63,242 nucleotides of DNA, filler included, from Choristocarpus tenellus KU-1152 (GCA_964200185.2; 11 parts of 11 records of this genome joined end to end with filler, not necessarily neighbours in it), one strand, 5' to 3'; positions 12,774-26,368 are shown, counted from the first letter of the whole stretch. The notes: generated from the letters alone by a model not told the origin. Made by a program: numbers and translations.

Positions 12774-13482
12774 CTTCAAGGCTACCGAGCCATCCTCCCC
12801 TTTGGCTGCACTTGCTTTGTTTGCATTCCTTCTTTGCTCGAGAGTTTCCCGTCCTCCAACTTCAGGTCGCCGCCTCTCGCCCAGGACTCTGCTTCGAGGG
12901 TTGTGGAACAACCAACGCATAGGAATCGGCAAATGAGCGGTATGAATTAAGCAAAAATAAAGCAGAAATAGAGATGAATCCGAGATACCTCATCTACACA
13001 TATTTTAGCAGAGCGTTGGCGATCAGGCGCTAAGGAATACTCACGATCTTGATCTTGGGATGGAGTCGGTGCCTGAGCTTGGTGCCTTACCATTGCGCTC
13101 TTTTGGAGCAAGTTTTGCCGTTGGTTTCGTTGTTTTTTTCCCGAAAGCAATTGGTACCTGAGGCCGAGGACTGGGCACAGTATAATCAAAGACGAGAAGA
13201 AATAAGGAAGATATGCACACAAACGAGAATAGGAGCTGCGATGGAATAGAGGTACAAAGGCTTCCCTAGAGCAATATAACGAGGTCCTCACATGTTGGTA
13301 GACCTCCCCATTCCAACACCATCGGCTGTCACAACCACATCCTTGTTTTCTTTATCTCTCAGTCCTCGATCCACTCCTTTCGGAGAAAGAGATGGACCTG
13401 ACAAGTTTGGGGCCATAGATGCACGTCGATTTGGGACGCGGGACCTAGGCACACGGCCTACCTGCTTTCCGAAGCTTGACAT
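12774..13482 (-). CDS. 5' exons of a hypothetical low-complexity basic protein (partial, truncated by the contig end), head-to-head with MOG1
   Basis: ORF 'MSSFGKQVGRVPRSRVPNRRASMAPNLS...DKENKD' followed by exon-like blocks with GT/AG signals at ~13157-13045 and ~12892-12774. Exon phases could not be fully reconciled. Confidence 0.4.
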
Positions 13483-13983
13483 TTGACTTAGACACTGCTC
13501 TTTAACTTCACCCCTCAAGTATAAGGTGGTGGAGTTCCAGCAAGTTTGAAGTGGTCATCCATGTACTAATGGAGGCATGCACTGGTTTGAACATTGTTCC
13601 CTCAATTACTCAACCGCCAACACCGCCAACCACACCATACAAACCCCTCCTTTACTCTACTAATCAGGAATAGACGAACCGTGCAAATGGGAGACGACAT
13701 CCCAACTTCGGGACAAGTTATCCCCACTTATCAGACTCTACTGCTAGATATGGAAGGTAATATTTCATCAGCTCCTAGCGGGGCGAAAATATCAGACACG
13801 TCAACAAGGTTAGCCTACACAACTCCTAACCATCCTCTACAGTACTCCAATGATGCCTCTGACAGTGGACTAACATTATGTCACTCCAATGCTCCATGCA
13901 CTTTCTTTCCATGTCTTTCTATGTTTCAAAGTAGGATACAAGGGGGAAGTTCGACTGGGATGCAGGGTATAGAGAGGGGCGGT

Positions 13984-16093
13984 ATGCCGTTAGAACAGGA
14001 GTCGATAGAGGATGCAACACGATCTCCCTGTTGCCTTGCCCCTCGCAAACTATTTGGCGGCGCTATGGAATGCCTCTTGCCAACCTCATTTTTGGACGTG
14101 AGGTGAGGTTCTTGACACTTCGCAACCTATGCAGTATGTACCCGATCCTGTTCTAGATATAGTAATTGATTGACAAAGAGGACACTCATCTGCACCCTCT
14201 GCAGCAACATACGGCAGGTCCCGGATAATCAAGAGGTCTTCGTCAGCCGAGATGGAGATATCAGCTTAATGGTGGAGTTACTTTCCCTAGAGCCAGATTT
14301 AACCGAGGGTCAGAGTGCCAGCTTTTTCTTTGATGACCTTGCCAAGGTCAACGAAGCTGTGTCGTCCCACCGGGATTTCTGCGGAGATCTCACAGAGAGG
14401 TAACGGATACTTGCTGGCACACAAGAAGAGTGTCCTGGTCAGGGACGGGTCGAGGAGGACAACTCAACTCAAGGAATATCGTAATCTGCTTTGTAGTCGA
14501 AATCGAGGACCAAATGTCGGTGGTGATAACTCTTTGTTATTTTGAGGCATTGTGAGCAGGACAATAGCAATGGTAGCACGAAGTTGGTTAACGAAAGTGT
14601 GGGGAGGTAGTTAAACCGTACTAAAGGAGAGGAAACTCAACCAGTCCATGTGATATCCCATAGGGTTTCTCATATACTGAGTTCTGTGTAAGGCTGCGCT
14701 GGGTATTGCACTTAGAGACCAATTTTTGTCCCTGAAGCAAGAATGGTGATGGCCTAGTTGCATGCCTCCCCATCACTGTGTTATTCATTTGTATTCAGTA
14801 TAGACTGAAAGAATTCCTGAAGATGCATATAACACCCTCTCTTTGTTTGTATGGCACTAGCTATTCTGGATCTCCCCCGTCTTGGCTCTCTCGTTTGAAC
14901 TACCACCAGCTACACTTTAGTGTCTAACACACTTATAACAGTCGATTTCAAAAATTGAGGACGGAGCTTTAAAGTGTCGATATGTTTGTTTTTTTTTAAA
15001 TTATTTTTTATTAAAAAAAAACATATCACAAAAAAAATATATCGACACTTTATCGCAGTCAATTTTGGGTCAAGCCCACCCTCAATGAAAAGCTCTATCC
15101 TCAATTTTTGAAATCGACTGTTTTATCCTATTAGTGTTACACTTTATGATGGGTTTTGATGAGTGCATCTGTACTCCACAATCAAATGGTGAAATATATG
15201 TTTGTGGTAGGCCTTTCAACATGCGACAGAGAAACCCCTATGGTGCACTTACACTGACAAATGTTAAACTCCTCCTGTTGAAACCTTGGAAGCAGCATTA
15301 TGCCCAAGCTGAAATCATTTCCAAAGTCGGCTCTTGTGGGGCGTCAGACCATCACAAAGCACAGGAGTGATGGCTCACCACATGATGTGTTGATATACCT
15401 CGTCAATGTTAGGTGAGAACTGTATGGAAATGAGGGTGCTGCTGAAGTATTGTAAATGGTGATAGGGGGGACAATTGGGCAAGCTTCAAGTTCTCTACGG
15501 ACAAGCAATTAAGGTTATGTGGACCTAATGGCCTATCCTAATGGCCTGAATGCATTGCTTTCCTTGCATGTGTGCTCCTTGGTCCTTAATCCTTTCACCA
15601 GCCTCATTGTTTTGATAGACAAGCAATTCAGTCAACGAGGAGGAACTCTTGAAGGTAGGATAAGTCTTGACACAACAGATTCACCTGTTCAAAAACGACA
15701 AATTGGGTATACCAGGAGCAAAATAACTTAAATATGATGCAACAGTAGTCCAACCATGTACTGCATTGAACTTAGAAAACTGCTGGATGTTTTGATATCA
15801 AGCATTTAATTCCATCTCAATACCTCTACTCCCTGTTCCATGGGATCAGACTGTTGAAGGCAGAGACAGATCTCCTCATCAGTGTCAACACTCCTTGCCA
15901 CCAAGAGTTGTCAGAGAAGTGTGGGGATGACACCTACATAAAGATTTTTTCAGGAGGCACAGGCTTTGATGTTGAGGCAGCAGGACCAAGGCCAGGAGTA
16001 GGGAAAGAGGCTGATGAGGTGGAACAATTAGTAAACCTCTTTCCAGAGTTCCTTCGATCTTTTAATATATTAGATTGGTCGCTCTTTTGCTGA
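13984..16093 (+). CDS. MOG1: Ran guanine nucleotide release factor (Mog1/RANGRF); exons 13984-14102, 14205-14399, 15296-15412, 15850-16093
   Basis: Mog1 motifs '[32 protein letters not shown]', 'FFFDDLA', 'LVNVRLLKAETDLLISVNTP', 'SFNILDWSLF'. Splicing is frame-consistent (675 nt). In-frame upstream ATGs exist at 13960 and 13921. Confidence 0.93.
14938..15121. mobile_element. ~180-bp MITE with CAGTCG termini (Tc1/mariner-pogo-like ends) in MOG1 intron 2
   Basis: 33-bp TIR acagtcgatttcaaaaattgaggacggagcttt / aaagctctatcctcaatttttgaaatcgactgt, plus an internal inverted repeat aaagtgtcgatat/atatcgacacttt. Confidence 0.8.
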
Positions 16094-17493
16094 TCAAGTA
16101 ATATATAAATGTGTGTGCATTCCGATTTGCACACCACTGCCAACAAGATCCTTGCTGTGTACACCTTACACCTTGTTGGATCTAGTCTGTGGTCCACTCT
16201 TTTGCCTTTCCACATCTCACTACAGTGACCAAAATTGTGAGTTTATTCCTGATGCTGTGGCAGACTGAGTGGTATGCGTATCATGCACACACCACCTACA
16301 TCTATGATGGAAAAAACATGTTACTTGATCTCTGAAATGTAAAATGTAACTCTTAAGGCAAAGGATAGAGATACACATTCTGCTCCCATTTTCTATCCAA
16401 TGCTCAAAGCATAAACCTGGAAAGCTCCTCTAGATCACGAAATTGAATATTCGGCGTTCAGATGATAATTAGAGATGGTCATGTCATGTTAGAAAACACG
16501 AAGTGATCAGTGTAGTTTAGGTGAGTATATAACATTTTTTTACCTTTCACAGATATTGAGGTGAGACATGTGTATTTGAATTGCTGTAATTCAAGATTAC
16601 GGCTTCAATATTAGGTGCTGGAAACAAACTTGATGTGTAGCTCTGGCGATTTGAAGATATCAAAACAGAAACACCAGCAATTTGAAAATATATCTCAGAA
16701 TAGTGCCAACAACATTACCCTAAACCACAACATTTTCTTTCTCGTACAGATCATACTCATGTCCTGATAATTTCACTCCCCTGTTGTTGCACACATGGCA
16801 TTGAAGCTGTTAGCTAAACCAAACAATTTTGACAAATTTTATACTGAAGACAAACTCAGCACCTGTTCGAAGGATGCAAGTCCAACTATTTTCGTCAATG
16901 AAACACACAAACGGCAAAATACTGTAGCACCACACACTATGACAAGGAGAGAGGATAACACAAATACACTGGGAGCAAGAGACATCTGTGACAGACAAGA
17001 TGACAATGCTCTATGATTAATCTTTCCTTTCCCTCTTACTGCACAGACAATAGGCACGCACTATCCTTATAGTTTACAGTCTGCACTGGAGCACTATGTC
17101 AGTGCAATTAGCTTATATCGCCCAGAGTGCCAGAGCTCTACAACATACACCAACAATGCACACATCTACCTATCTTTCCCCACATCAGAAGTGTAAACTA
17201 TGGATTCACCTATCAGTGTTGCATCAGAGATGAAGCAAATAAAAAGGAATTTGCCACTTTTCCTTCAACATAAGCATTATCACAATACAAATTGATCCTA
17301 CCAGTGTTTCCATTTGAACTTTACTGAACACAGTGGTCAAATAATTCCCTCCAAATAATACAGCCCAGGAAGAGACAGCCATGACTGCTTGATGCTGTTG
17401 TCCCACCAAAATAGATTCCAGGTGTTGTAGGCAGTACTAGACTGCATGACAGAATGGATAAACAGATCCCATTTGGGAATGTAGATCTGGTTC

Positions 17494-18267
17494 TCAATAC
17501 CTGGAGACGGTTGCGGCGAACATGTAGCAGTTCAGAAGCAGATGATCAAAGGTGCATATTGCTTGTGAACAGATCAAGAAAAAATACTGAATTGAACTTG
17601 TACAATTTTGAGGAAAGAAAGTGTTACCTTCAAAATTATTTTTTTGTGAAGGCTCAAGTACAGAATTGTCACTGTCAACAAAATTTCCTCAGTGACCGTG
17701 TGCTGTACAGGATCCTACCTAAAGTGTAATCTGAAGTTGATAGCCTATAGGCTAATACTTTGACAGAGGATGTTTCAACATAGAGATTAAAAAAATATAT
17801 GTATCATTCACCTGTCACGGAATGGACTGCGACTGCGGCTACGCCGAGGTGGGGAGCGATCCCTGCGAGGAGGGGAACGAGAATCCCTGCGGCGAGGAGG
17901 AGGGCTGTCACGCCTAGGGGGACTGCGAGAGCGGCGGCGGGGTGAGCGAGAGCGGTCTCGCCTAGACTCATCATCCTGTCAGCATGACAAAAAAGAAGGG
18001 GAAGTGAGTGAGGAGTATAATTTGCAAATGAATTGCACAAAACCACATAGAAATTGAGTTTGATGATAACTCGAGGAAACAGCAATCCCAATTGTCCTCT
18101 CTAAGTATTACTTCATCAAGGCAAAGGAATGAATCTGAAGTGGTAAGTCTCCACTTTCAGAAATTCTACTTACAATGTCAACTTGGATACGCCTCTCGCC
18201 GAAGTTTGTATCATCTAGCTCTCGCACAGCACGGTTCATGTCGTCCCTGCTAGAAAATTCAGCAACC
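17494..18267 (-). CDS. Serine/arginine-rich (SR) splicing factor, 3' part; exons 18267-18174, 17975-17812, 17500-17494
   Basis: RRM2-type 'VAEFSSRDDMNRAVRELDDTNFGERRIQV', then RS domain 'RRDRSRSPRRRSRSPPRRDSP...RSRSRSPFRDRY*'. The 5' exons are missing (contig end). Confidence 0.9.
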
Positions 18268-18847
18268 CTGGACAACAAGAGGTGCATACACATAGACAAA
18301 AACAAAAGCGGGCCACAGTGGTTGACGAGGATTATGTCAGGTTGTGCTTTGGGTGAAGTAGTACAATTTGTGTAAAGGTGATGGGACAAGATCAGATGTA
18401 GAGATCTTAGTCACCACTACTCTATTCAGAGTTTTAATGTCATCTGCCCCATATTTTTCTCAAAATAAGTTATCTTTACCCTCTGTTTTCAATTGGGTGA
18501 TGGTCAAATACTCCGAAAAGGCAAGCAGACTGCGCCCGAACACCATAGGATTCAAAATAAAAACAATGTATTAAAAACATCCTCAAGTACAGTACCGACT
18601 TCAGGGCTGTGGCAGGGGTAGATAGTGGCGGATGGTGGCAGCCAAAGGGAAGTCGCTAAACTCTGTAGTTGCAGGCGGTTCATGACAGATGCGCAGGGGA
18701 GCCCGGGCCCGTTGGTAGTAAGGCAGACCCCCCACNNNNNNNNNNNNNNNNNNNNNNNNNNNNNNNNNNNNNNNNNNNNTTAATTAATTAANNNNNNNNN
18801 NNNNNNNNNNNNNNNNNNNNNNNNNNNNNNNNNNNCCCCCTGTGCAG

Positions 18848-19007
18848 GCAAACGGTGCAGAGTCGGGATAAATTGGAACTCAAGCAGCCAGATTTCGGTT
18901 CCCCAACAACGTGGCGACAAGAAATTGCTCGTATCTTTACGAGGCAAATATCAAGTCCCCTCAAAGTGGAGACTGTTGAAGGAATTGACCTTGGTGGACA
19001 ACCATAA
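18848..19007 (+). CDS. Possible terminal exon of an upstream gene
   Basis: Acceptor tgcag| followed by open frame QTVQSRDKLELKQPDFGSPTTWRQEIARIF...GGQP*. No recognisable homology. Confidence 0.25.
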
Positions 19008-19482
19008 AAGGTATGGGGGTCCATTGGCAAGGAGAGAAGGCTGGGGGAGATCGAGCAGAGGAACCATATTCCCGTAGAAGGAGGATCTAATTGCACTGCG
19101 AATGCAGATCCCACCTGGAGATGACATCCTTTGGTGGTCAGGAACAGGAAAGTACTTTTGTTGCTGTGTTGTAAGGACGAGAGTTGTGTGGTGAAATTCT
19201 AATCGCGCATATCAATCGACCAGCTTCGGGTGCGCGCGGTGGAACGCCAAAAGTAGAAAGTAACACTTCAGGAGAGAGAGAGAAGACAACAACAGGAGAA
19301 AACACCCAGAGAAGATGCTCAGGGGTATAGTAGGGTCAGCTAGGTGGTGATGATTACGAGGTGCTATAAATTAAGTCGGAGTAATTTCTGCAGCGCTTTC
19401 CCAGCAAGCTGGATTTCCCCATAGGGAAGGGGGACTTTTGACACTTTTCTGTGTTGCGAGCTTCCACTGGGATCGAAAAAGT

Positions 19483-22400
19483 ATGAAGTTCTCGACCTAT
19501 GCAGGGATCAGCATCCTGATCAGTGCGGCTACCATCTCCCATGCATGGTCTACCAGGTTTGTGAAACCTCTTTCTCCCTGTGGTAGGAAGTTATTGCTTC
19601 GTGCTTTGGGCTTGTGTACAAGTGTAGTCCTGTTTGACGGTTACTTCACTAGTTCGAACGCCGTTGATCCTTGCTGGCGAGCTGACTATGTGACTGCTGA
19701 CCATAAAAGCGCTGCAGTAGTGAGGCGAATCCGGCACGAGCTTCTCGAAGTAACTAGCCTGCCTGATATTGCAATGCGCTCTACCTTCCAAGGAAGCCTA
19801 CATACGTGATTCCTCGGTGTGCTGTCCTGACCCCACGTGGAATTGCGTTTTCCTTCTCCGCTCATATCTCAAATGAGAAAGATTTACAACGACATCGTTA
19901 CAAGTCTTCAAACAGGAAATTGTTGTTGTATCTCCGTGTCGCCAACCGTGGTTTACTTTATCTATAACCAGCGTGTCAATCAGGGATTCAAATTGAGTGC
20001 CTTTCCAATCCCACCCCGCACTTCTGTCATACTCCCTCTCACCCTCATGGAAAGACTCAATTTCATCTTCACCTAAAGTCTCCGACTTATATTTCTAGAA
20101 AAGTTCAACTCTGCTTTCCTCTTCGATGCTGGGACAATAATGCCTCCCTGCGATGTGCAGGGTGCACTATTACCCCACGGTGGTATTTTTATCGACCAAC
20201 AAGGTATCACAGATGGTGCTTGGCAACACCGTCATTGTTTTTGTCCTAGCCATATGGAGAATTCTGCGTCGATTATTCCTTGGGACTCTCCGGGATGTGG
20301 AGCGAGAGGTGAGGCTGGTGGGGAAGGAGATGGTGTATCCACATTGCCCCCTTCTCCACAGCGATATATAGACTTGTGTGTTCCTCAAAGACAGGGGCTC
20401 ATCCACTTTTCCATTTTAAAAAATCGAGATCTGATTTACCATTCCCTCATCCAGAACAAGTCTCTATTTTTCCATGGATTGGAGGGGAATGCTGTAAGGT
20501 TTACAGGTAGTGCAAGAAATAGCTTTCATGGTTGTCTCTTGGCTACGCGCATACCATGCCCCATGTATTTATCTATTGAAATGACATGTGTATGCTCAAA
20601 TGCCCTTTTTTCCTTTTTAATCACCTGTTTTTCACTTATAATATCTCGATCAGTTGCTGTTATTGGGGTATATCGTACCAAAGCACCTGAAAGGTTGTAA
20701 GAGCCTTACATTGTGGTCTCTTCCTTGACTATATTCAGCAATGCAAGTGCCGATTCCAGAGTAAGCAACTCTCACTCCCCCTCTCTCAGCACGCACACTC
20801 ACTCACACACGTACGTAGCTGTAATAATGTCTTGTCCATTTCCTCTTTGGTTTGAATTGGTGTCCTCCAAGCACTTTCCCAAAACCTACCCTGACTTGTA
20901 ATTACCCTTTTTCCTATACACGCAATCTTTGGTCAGATATTTGTACACACGTGTTTAAAACTATTTGACATAGTGCTGACAATACGTTGTTACCATGGTG
21001 GCAGAAGAGCTAAGCTAGAGCGTACTCATTTTATTGCGTTGAGTGCAGTATACTTGCACGGTGTAGGAGGATGTTAAGTGCAGTAGTTCTTGCTATTTTT
21101 TTCGATACTGCTTTAATCTTCCTTCCATGAAGAAAGTGTAAATACTTGTTTAATTGCTGCTTGCCTCACAGTTTCCCATACGGGGAAAACTCTTGCTTTC
21201 TTCACTGGCATTTGATTGGGAGTGTACTCATGCAGTGCACGGTTTGACTCAAAGTTTCCCTGTTGTTTCTTGTCGCTTTCATGCTCAAAGCAACATAAAG
21301 AGTAGATTCTCTACTCTAACGCTGTACAGTAGACCTTGCAAGTTTGTCACCAACATTTCATGCCAATGAGTATACTTTCTCATCAATGCTGTCACTATTG
21401 CTGCTGCATTCCTTCTGTCCTTGGCTTAAATTTTATGTTTTCTAATGATTCCTCTTTTTGTCATTGTCATTTTGTTGCTTGCGGTTAAGGTGCTGTATGA
21501 CAACTTCAGGTACACCATCACAGAGACCTGCTTGGCTCTACCAGTGTTCCGACAGGACCTAAGTACCTTTGTACTGGCCATGTTTACTGGTCTTCTCTTC
21601 ATGAAGTCATTTCATTGGCTGGCTCAGGTAGTAACCCCCTCCCCCCTCCCCTCTCTGTTACTTCTTTGCTGAAGACCCTTCACGGTCCACCCTTTTACCT
21701 GCACTATACAGTATATTGAAACCTAAACCAAACTGTGTCTATAGTGACTTTGTGGTGTATTAATACAAACTTTATGTGCAGGCACTCATAAACTTCCTGG
21801 TTTCCGCCAACTGAGAAGCCAGCAGTTGGCTGGAGAGTTGTGAAATTGTGAATTTGATCGGGAACAATGCAGGTCTGTTCATACGTGCTGTGAACAGGTT
21901 TTTTTTCTTAGTCAAACCTTACCACCAACTAAACTGAGACTTTATTTGAATAATGCCTAACCGAAGTGTGTGGGAACATGTTGGGGGTTATTTTGTTGGT
22001 GGAGGAGAGAGAAGTACTTTTTTTTCAGTTCTCCAAGTAAAATTTTGAATCTGATTTTGTTGTGCTGTTCGGTTTTAGGGTTAGGGTTAGTAGGCTATAT
22101 TAAACTTGAATCCTTCTTGTCAACACGGGACGAACTCCTTTTTCTTTTGGTTTTATAGCAGGGTAGTGATGCCCTGGTGGCACTAATGACATCATTATGA
22201 TCTGTACTAGTACCTGTTGCAAGTTCCAACAGCGCGTTGGAATTCATGGAAGGCATTCTTATTTTCAGCAGATGCGTGTGTGTGTCTTGTTATTAAAGGG
22301 GGGATAATTAATTGTGCTGCTGAGAAATGGCTCAAGGCGCAACTTGTACATCTTTTCTGTCTCTCAGTCCAAGTGGTCTGTGGCGGCGAAGTGAGGTTAA

Positions 22401-24105
22401 TTTTGGTTCTGACAACAGCAGGGGTGCTTGCTCATTATGCCAAGTCCATTTTGATGACAACCCTGTTTACATTGATCGACCTCATCCAAAACAGACCCAG
22501 TGCCCCAACTATAGCTCCTGCAACTTACTCCATAAAAAGTAACTGTAACCGTAACTGTCACTTTCGTGTTAACAACTACAGTCAAGGGTGGAGCATATCG
22601 AGCAAGCTGGTCCTAGGAGCACCATGGAGCTCGCTCGACTAGTGTGCATGGTGTTGATTCTGCTGGTGGTAGATGTGTGTGTGGTGTGCTCCTCCATCAA
22701 TGCCCTCTTGGTGGAAAGCCCCAGCGTGCTCATCCTTTTTGGCTTCGGTGGGTCCTATCACATCCGTATTGTTGGAAGTGCAACGATGTTGGGGTGGGAA
22801 TAAGATCAAGGAGTGGGTATAAGCTGGGGGAGGGGGGAAGGGAAATGAAAGGGGAGGGGGGAAAGACTGCTGCGGTAGGGTGTAGTTTGGGTTTTGTTGA
22901 CTCTCAAGGTATGTTTTGTAGTTCGATCAAGGTTAAGATATTCTTGAATGCTTGTTCGGACTTTGCCTCTTTCCCATTGCTAACTGTGGTAAGAGTCTTG
23001 GCTGCGTTCGACAGGAGGTGCTGAGTTCTGCTCAGGACAGATGTGCACAGTTTTTTTTTGTATTGTAACGATTATTCTTGCGATTGAATGTGAGTTGTTG
23101 CAAATTGAATCTCTACAACGTTGATTCTTTTTTCTTTCTGCAGGTTAAGGTTAGGGTAGTCGTTACTTGTTGAATTCCATCACATTGTGGTATGGTGGAG
23201 TAGTAGTGTAGTTATTATTTACGCATCAGTCCACTGCTGTGAGTGCAAGTAATAGATATACTTTTTGTCTGAGTTCGAAATGGACAATACTTACTTGCAT
23301 GTACTATTATTTGTCTACAAAAATTATCATGGCTACTACATGATATACATTGGCAGCACAGTCAATGCATGCGGCTGGATCTATACATATCCATGGACGC
23401 CCCTTTGCATTCTGTAGTTCTCTCTGTGTGCCATCAGAGGTATGAGTGGGGAAGAGAAAGAGAAGGGGGAGTGGGGGCAAGGGAGGGGGGCAAATGTGGT
23501 AGAAAATAAAGGAAAATATCTGTACATGTGAAAGGAGAGAGACTAAAGAAGAATCTCCCTTTTTTTTGTTGCTCCACAATCAGGAGGGTCATGATAGCAC
23601 AACTTTAAATACTACATACTTTTTAGAAACTATACTGTTCTGGGAAACAGTTTGTGGAGGCACAATGTACCTCTTAGAGTATTTTTGGTGGTGCAACACT
23701 TTGCAGTGATCAGCGACTCGACGCTCAAGATTTTTTCTTCAGCTGACAGCTCTTCTTTGTTTAATACTATTGAATGGGTAATCTGGGCTCCCGGTGTACT
23801 GTCTGCTTGCTAAAAAGCCCTCAAACTAAGCTTGTCAACTCAATTCTAGATGTGTCTTCATCCCCCCCCCCCCTTCCCCCAAAAATCCGAAGCAGTTGTT
23901 GCTCCCTGCCTGCTAATCTCTGCCCCCCCTCTCTCCCCTCGCCTCCCATGCTTGGTTTTCACAGAGTTTGCTATCCTTGGGGTGGCGGCATTGGCTACTC
24001 TGGTACGCTTCCTGCTGCATGTGATTGACACGCAAATGGAGGGTACGTGGCACGCAAAGTCCACCTGTACCATGCTGCTAGAGTTTGTCACTGAGGTGTG
24101 TGCTT

Positions 24106-24139
<34 letters not shown>

Positions 24140-24934
24140 ACATATGTGCATCCTGCAGCGAGGGGGTGGGGTGGGGGTGGGGGGCAGTTTTGACGTCTTG
24201 CATAGCCTTTCGGATGAATTTTCTGTTTTCCTACTGTGCTCTCTTGCTCTATGGTGTCGAAACAACCCCAATATTGATTTGAATACGGTCTAGCTTGTAT
24301 TGTGTGATACACTACTGGGATACATTGTTGATCGTTGGAAGCTGGGATGGCATGCACTCTTGTCAGTGTAGGATGCACCTCTTTACCTTACGAAAATTGG
24401 GGTGTTTCATCAGGGCAACACATTATAGGCCATGGCCGTGTTGATTATTCTTACGCATTGCATACTGCTCACTCTTGAAAGCATGTAAAATCTTCTGTGT
24501 TGCATGTGTGAGATCTAAACCAACCATACTATTGCACTATCAATACTCTCAACTTCGAAGCCATCTTACTAATAGTTGTGTCAGTTTTTTTTTTTTTTGT
24601 GCGCCTTTCCTTTGCTGTTCCCCGGATTGGGGTAAGAAAAGAGAGCAAAGCAAATACTTCCAAGTTCTGTGGGTAGTAGTGTTGGTATGTAGCCTTTCCA
24701 GCTTATGTGGCAGGTCTGAAACAAGCCAACTGCATGAATCCACCTGCCTTGATCAAACGATCGATCATGCTCTGAAAATGGTCGGGAGTTAAGACAGCAC
24801 GCCCCGCAAGGTGTACGCAAACAATATAATTCTGAATCACTTGGAGAAATGAACACATACATATAGAACAGTAAGATCTTTTTTCCTGAGCACATGGCTC
24901 GGTGTCTCTAGTCATCTCCCCCCCCTCCCCCCCC

Positions 24935-24968
<34 letters not shown>

Positions 24969-25267
24969 TTTTTTCCCCCCTTCAAAAGCCTCTCCTCTTT
25001 TTTTTTTTCTCTTCTTTTTTTTGTTTTTTTTTCCTCTCTTTNNNNNNNNNNCGTCTCCCCACTCTCCTCCCCCCCCTCCCCCCCCTCCCCCCCCTCCTCC
25101 CGCGTTGCCCATAATACTTTTTCCCCTGTTTAAAAGGTCCTTCGGTTCTTATTCTATCTCGTGTTCTTTGGGATAATCTTCACTTTCTATGGGATTCCTT
25201 TGCACATTGTGAGGGATCTCTGGGTCTCCTACACAAACCTTAGAAGGCGACTGCAGGCGTTCAACAG
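19483..25267 (+). CDS. HRD1: ERAD E3 ubiquitin ligase HRD1/synoviolin, N-terminal membrane half; exons 19483-19556, 20161-20308, 21490-21627, 22582-22747, 23965-24095, 25137-25267 (RING domain lies beyond the contig end)
   Basis: HRD1 motifs 'YYPTVVFLS', 'LFLGTLRDVERE', 'YTITETCLAL', 'LLFMKSFHWLAQSRVE', 'LFGFEFAIL', 'W..KS', 'YGIPLHIVRDLW'. Splicing is frame-consistent. Confidence 0.95.
24108..24138. repeat. (GT)n microsatellite in an HRD1 intron
   Basis: Direct observation. Confidence 0.9.
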
Positions 25268-25599
25268 GCAAGAACCGGAGGGATCGGGGTTAGGGTTATG
25301 GATGCTTGTGGAGGAGGGAGAGGGAGAGGAAGAATGGGGGGGGGGGGGGGGTGAAGAACCGGGGGGGGAAATGCACAATGTTGTGGGGGCGGAAGGGGGA
25401 TTGTGGGGGTTGGAGACANNNNNNNNNNNNNNNNNNNNNNNNNNNNNNNNNNNNNNNNNNNNTTAATTAATTAANNNNNNNNNNNNNNNNNNNNNNNNNN
25501 NNNNNNNNNNNNNNNNNNGTGACTTTTTTTTTTTTTTTGGCCAGATGGACACCCTGGTGCAGACCCCCCCCCCCTGCAGATACTTTGGGTCTAACACAA

Positions 25600-25795
25600 G
25601 CACCATAACTAGGTGGTTGGATGATATGGGAGCCATGCTGAATCGCTGCTGGATCAAACTCAAGCTTAGATCGTGGCAAAGGGTATGGGGAATGAACTTT
25701 GTTTGCGATCAAGTGGACCAGAAACGTGGTGTGTACACCTCCATGGCAAACATGATGCATGGGACTGAAACCTGGCTTTACGTGATGGCTGATGG
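25600..25795 (+). mobile_element. Probable 3' relic of an RTE-like non-LTR retrotransposon
   Basis: 'TRWLDDMGAMLNRCWIKL..RSWQRVWGMNFV' resembles the RW.DD...W...R..W....F C-terminus of RTE-type ORFs, followed by 'atggctgatg'. Confidence 0.35.
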
Positions 25796-25837
25796 GGAAA
25801 GGGCTAGGGTATTTCCGCATGAGGATGATGGACACCT

Positions 25838-26367
25838 GAGCCAAAGTATCCTAGAGGGTAGAGCCGCGTCCATTTGGGGGCCAAAGTTCAATGTTGCAAT
25901 TTTGATGTAATTTTGGCTACTGCTGTGTGTGTTAGGAGGTGTGTCTGAAAGTATCTTAGAGGGTACGAGTTTTTCCCTGTTTGTCCATTTGGGGCTTGGT
26001 TTCCCACGGGTTTTTTTATTACTTTGTCCTACTCCAAAATATTTCTGAGTAGGCAAAATGTATATATAAATTATGAAAAGGTGTGTCGGGAACAAGGATA
26101 TTAACACTTCCTAACATACATGATAGCCAAAATAATATCAAAATCACAACATTGGACTTTGGGCCCCAAATGGATGCGGCCTTACCCTCTAAGATACTTT
26201 GGCTCTGTCAATATCGATATTCTGGACACACATTTTAATAACATACACATTTTACCTACTGCGAAACATTTTGGACAAGGAAAATGTTATAAGAAGCCCA
26301 TGTGAAGTCAAGCCCCAAATAATGGACAAACAGGGCAAATCTAGTACCCTCTAAGATGCTTTCACTC
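25838..26367 (+). mobile_element. MITE family A with an inverted family A copy (25943-26205) nested inside it
   Basis: The inner copy is flanked by TGT/TGT. Removing it restores the consensus ttaggaRgtgtcaatatc. Confidence 0.87.
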
Positions 26368-26368
26368 A

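Noticed and set aside
24902-25114. Poly-Pro / poly-Gly ORFs
   Set aside because: They derive from low-quality C/G homopolymer tracts in an HRD1 intron beside a gap.
1949-26305. Recurring short ORFs such as 'QHWILPPKWTRLYPLRYF' and 'GKPSPKWTNR'
   Set aside because: These are translations of MITE A copies, not a gene family.
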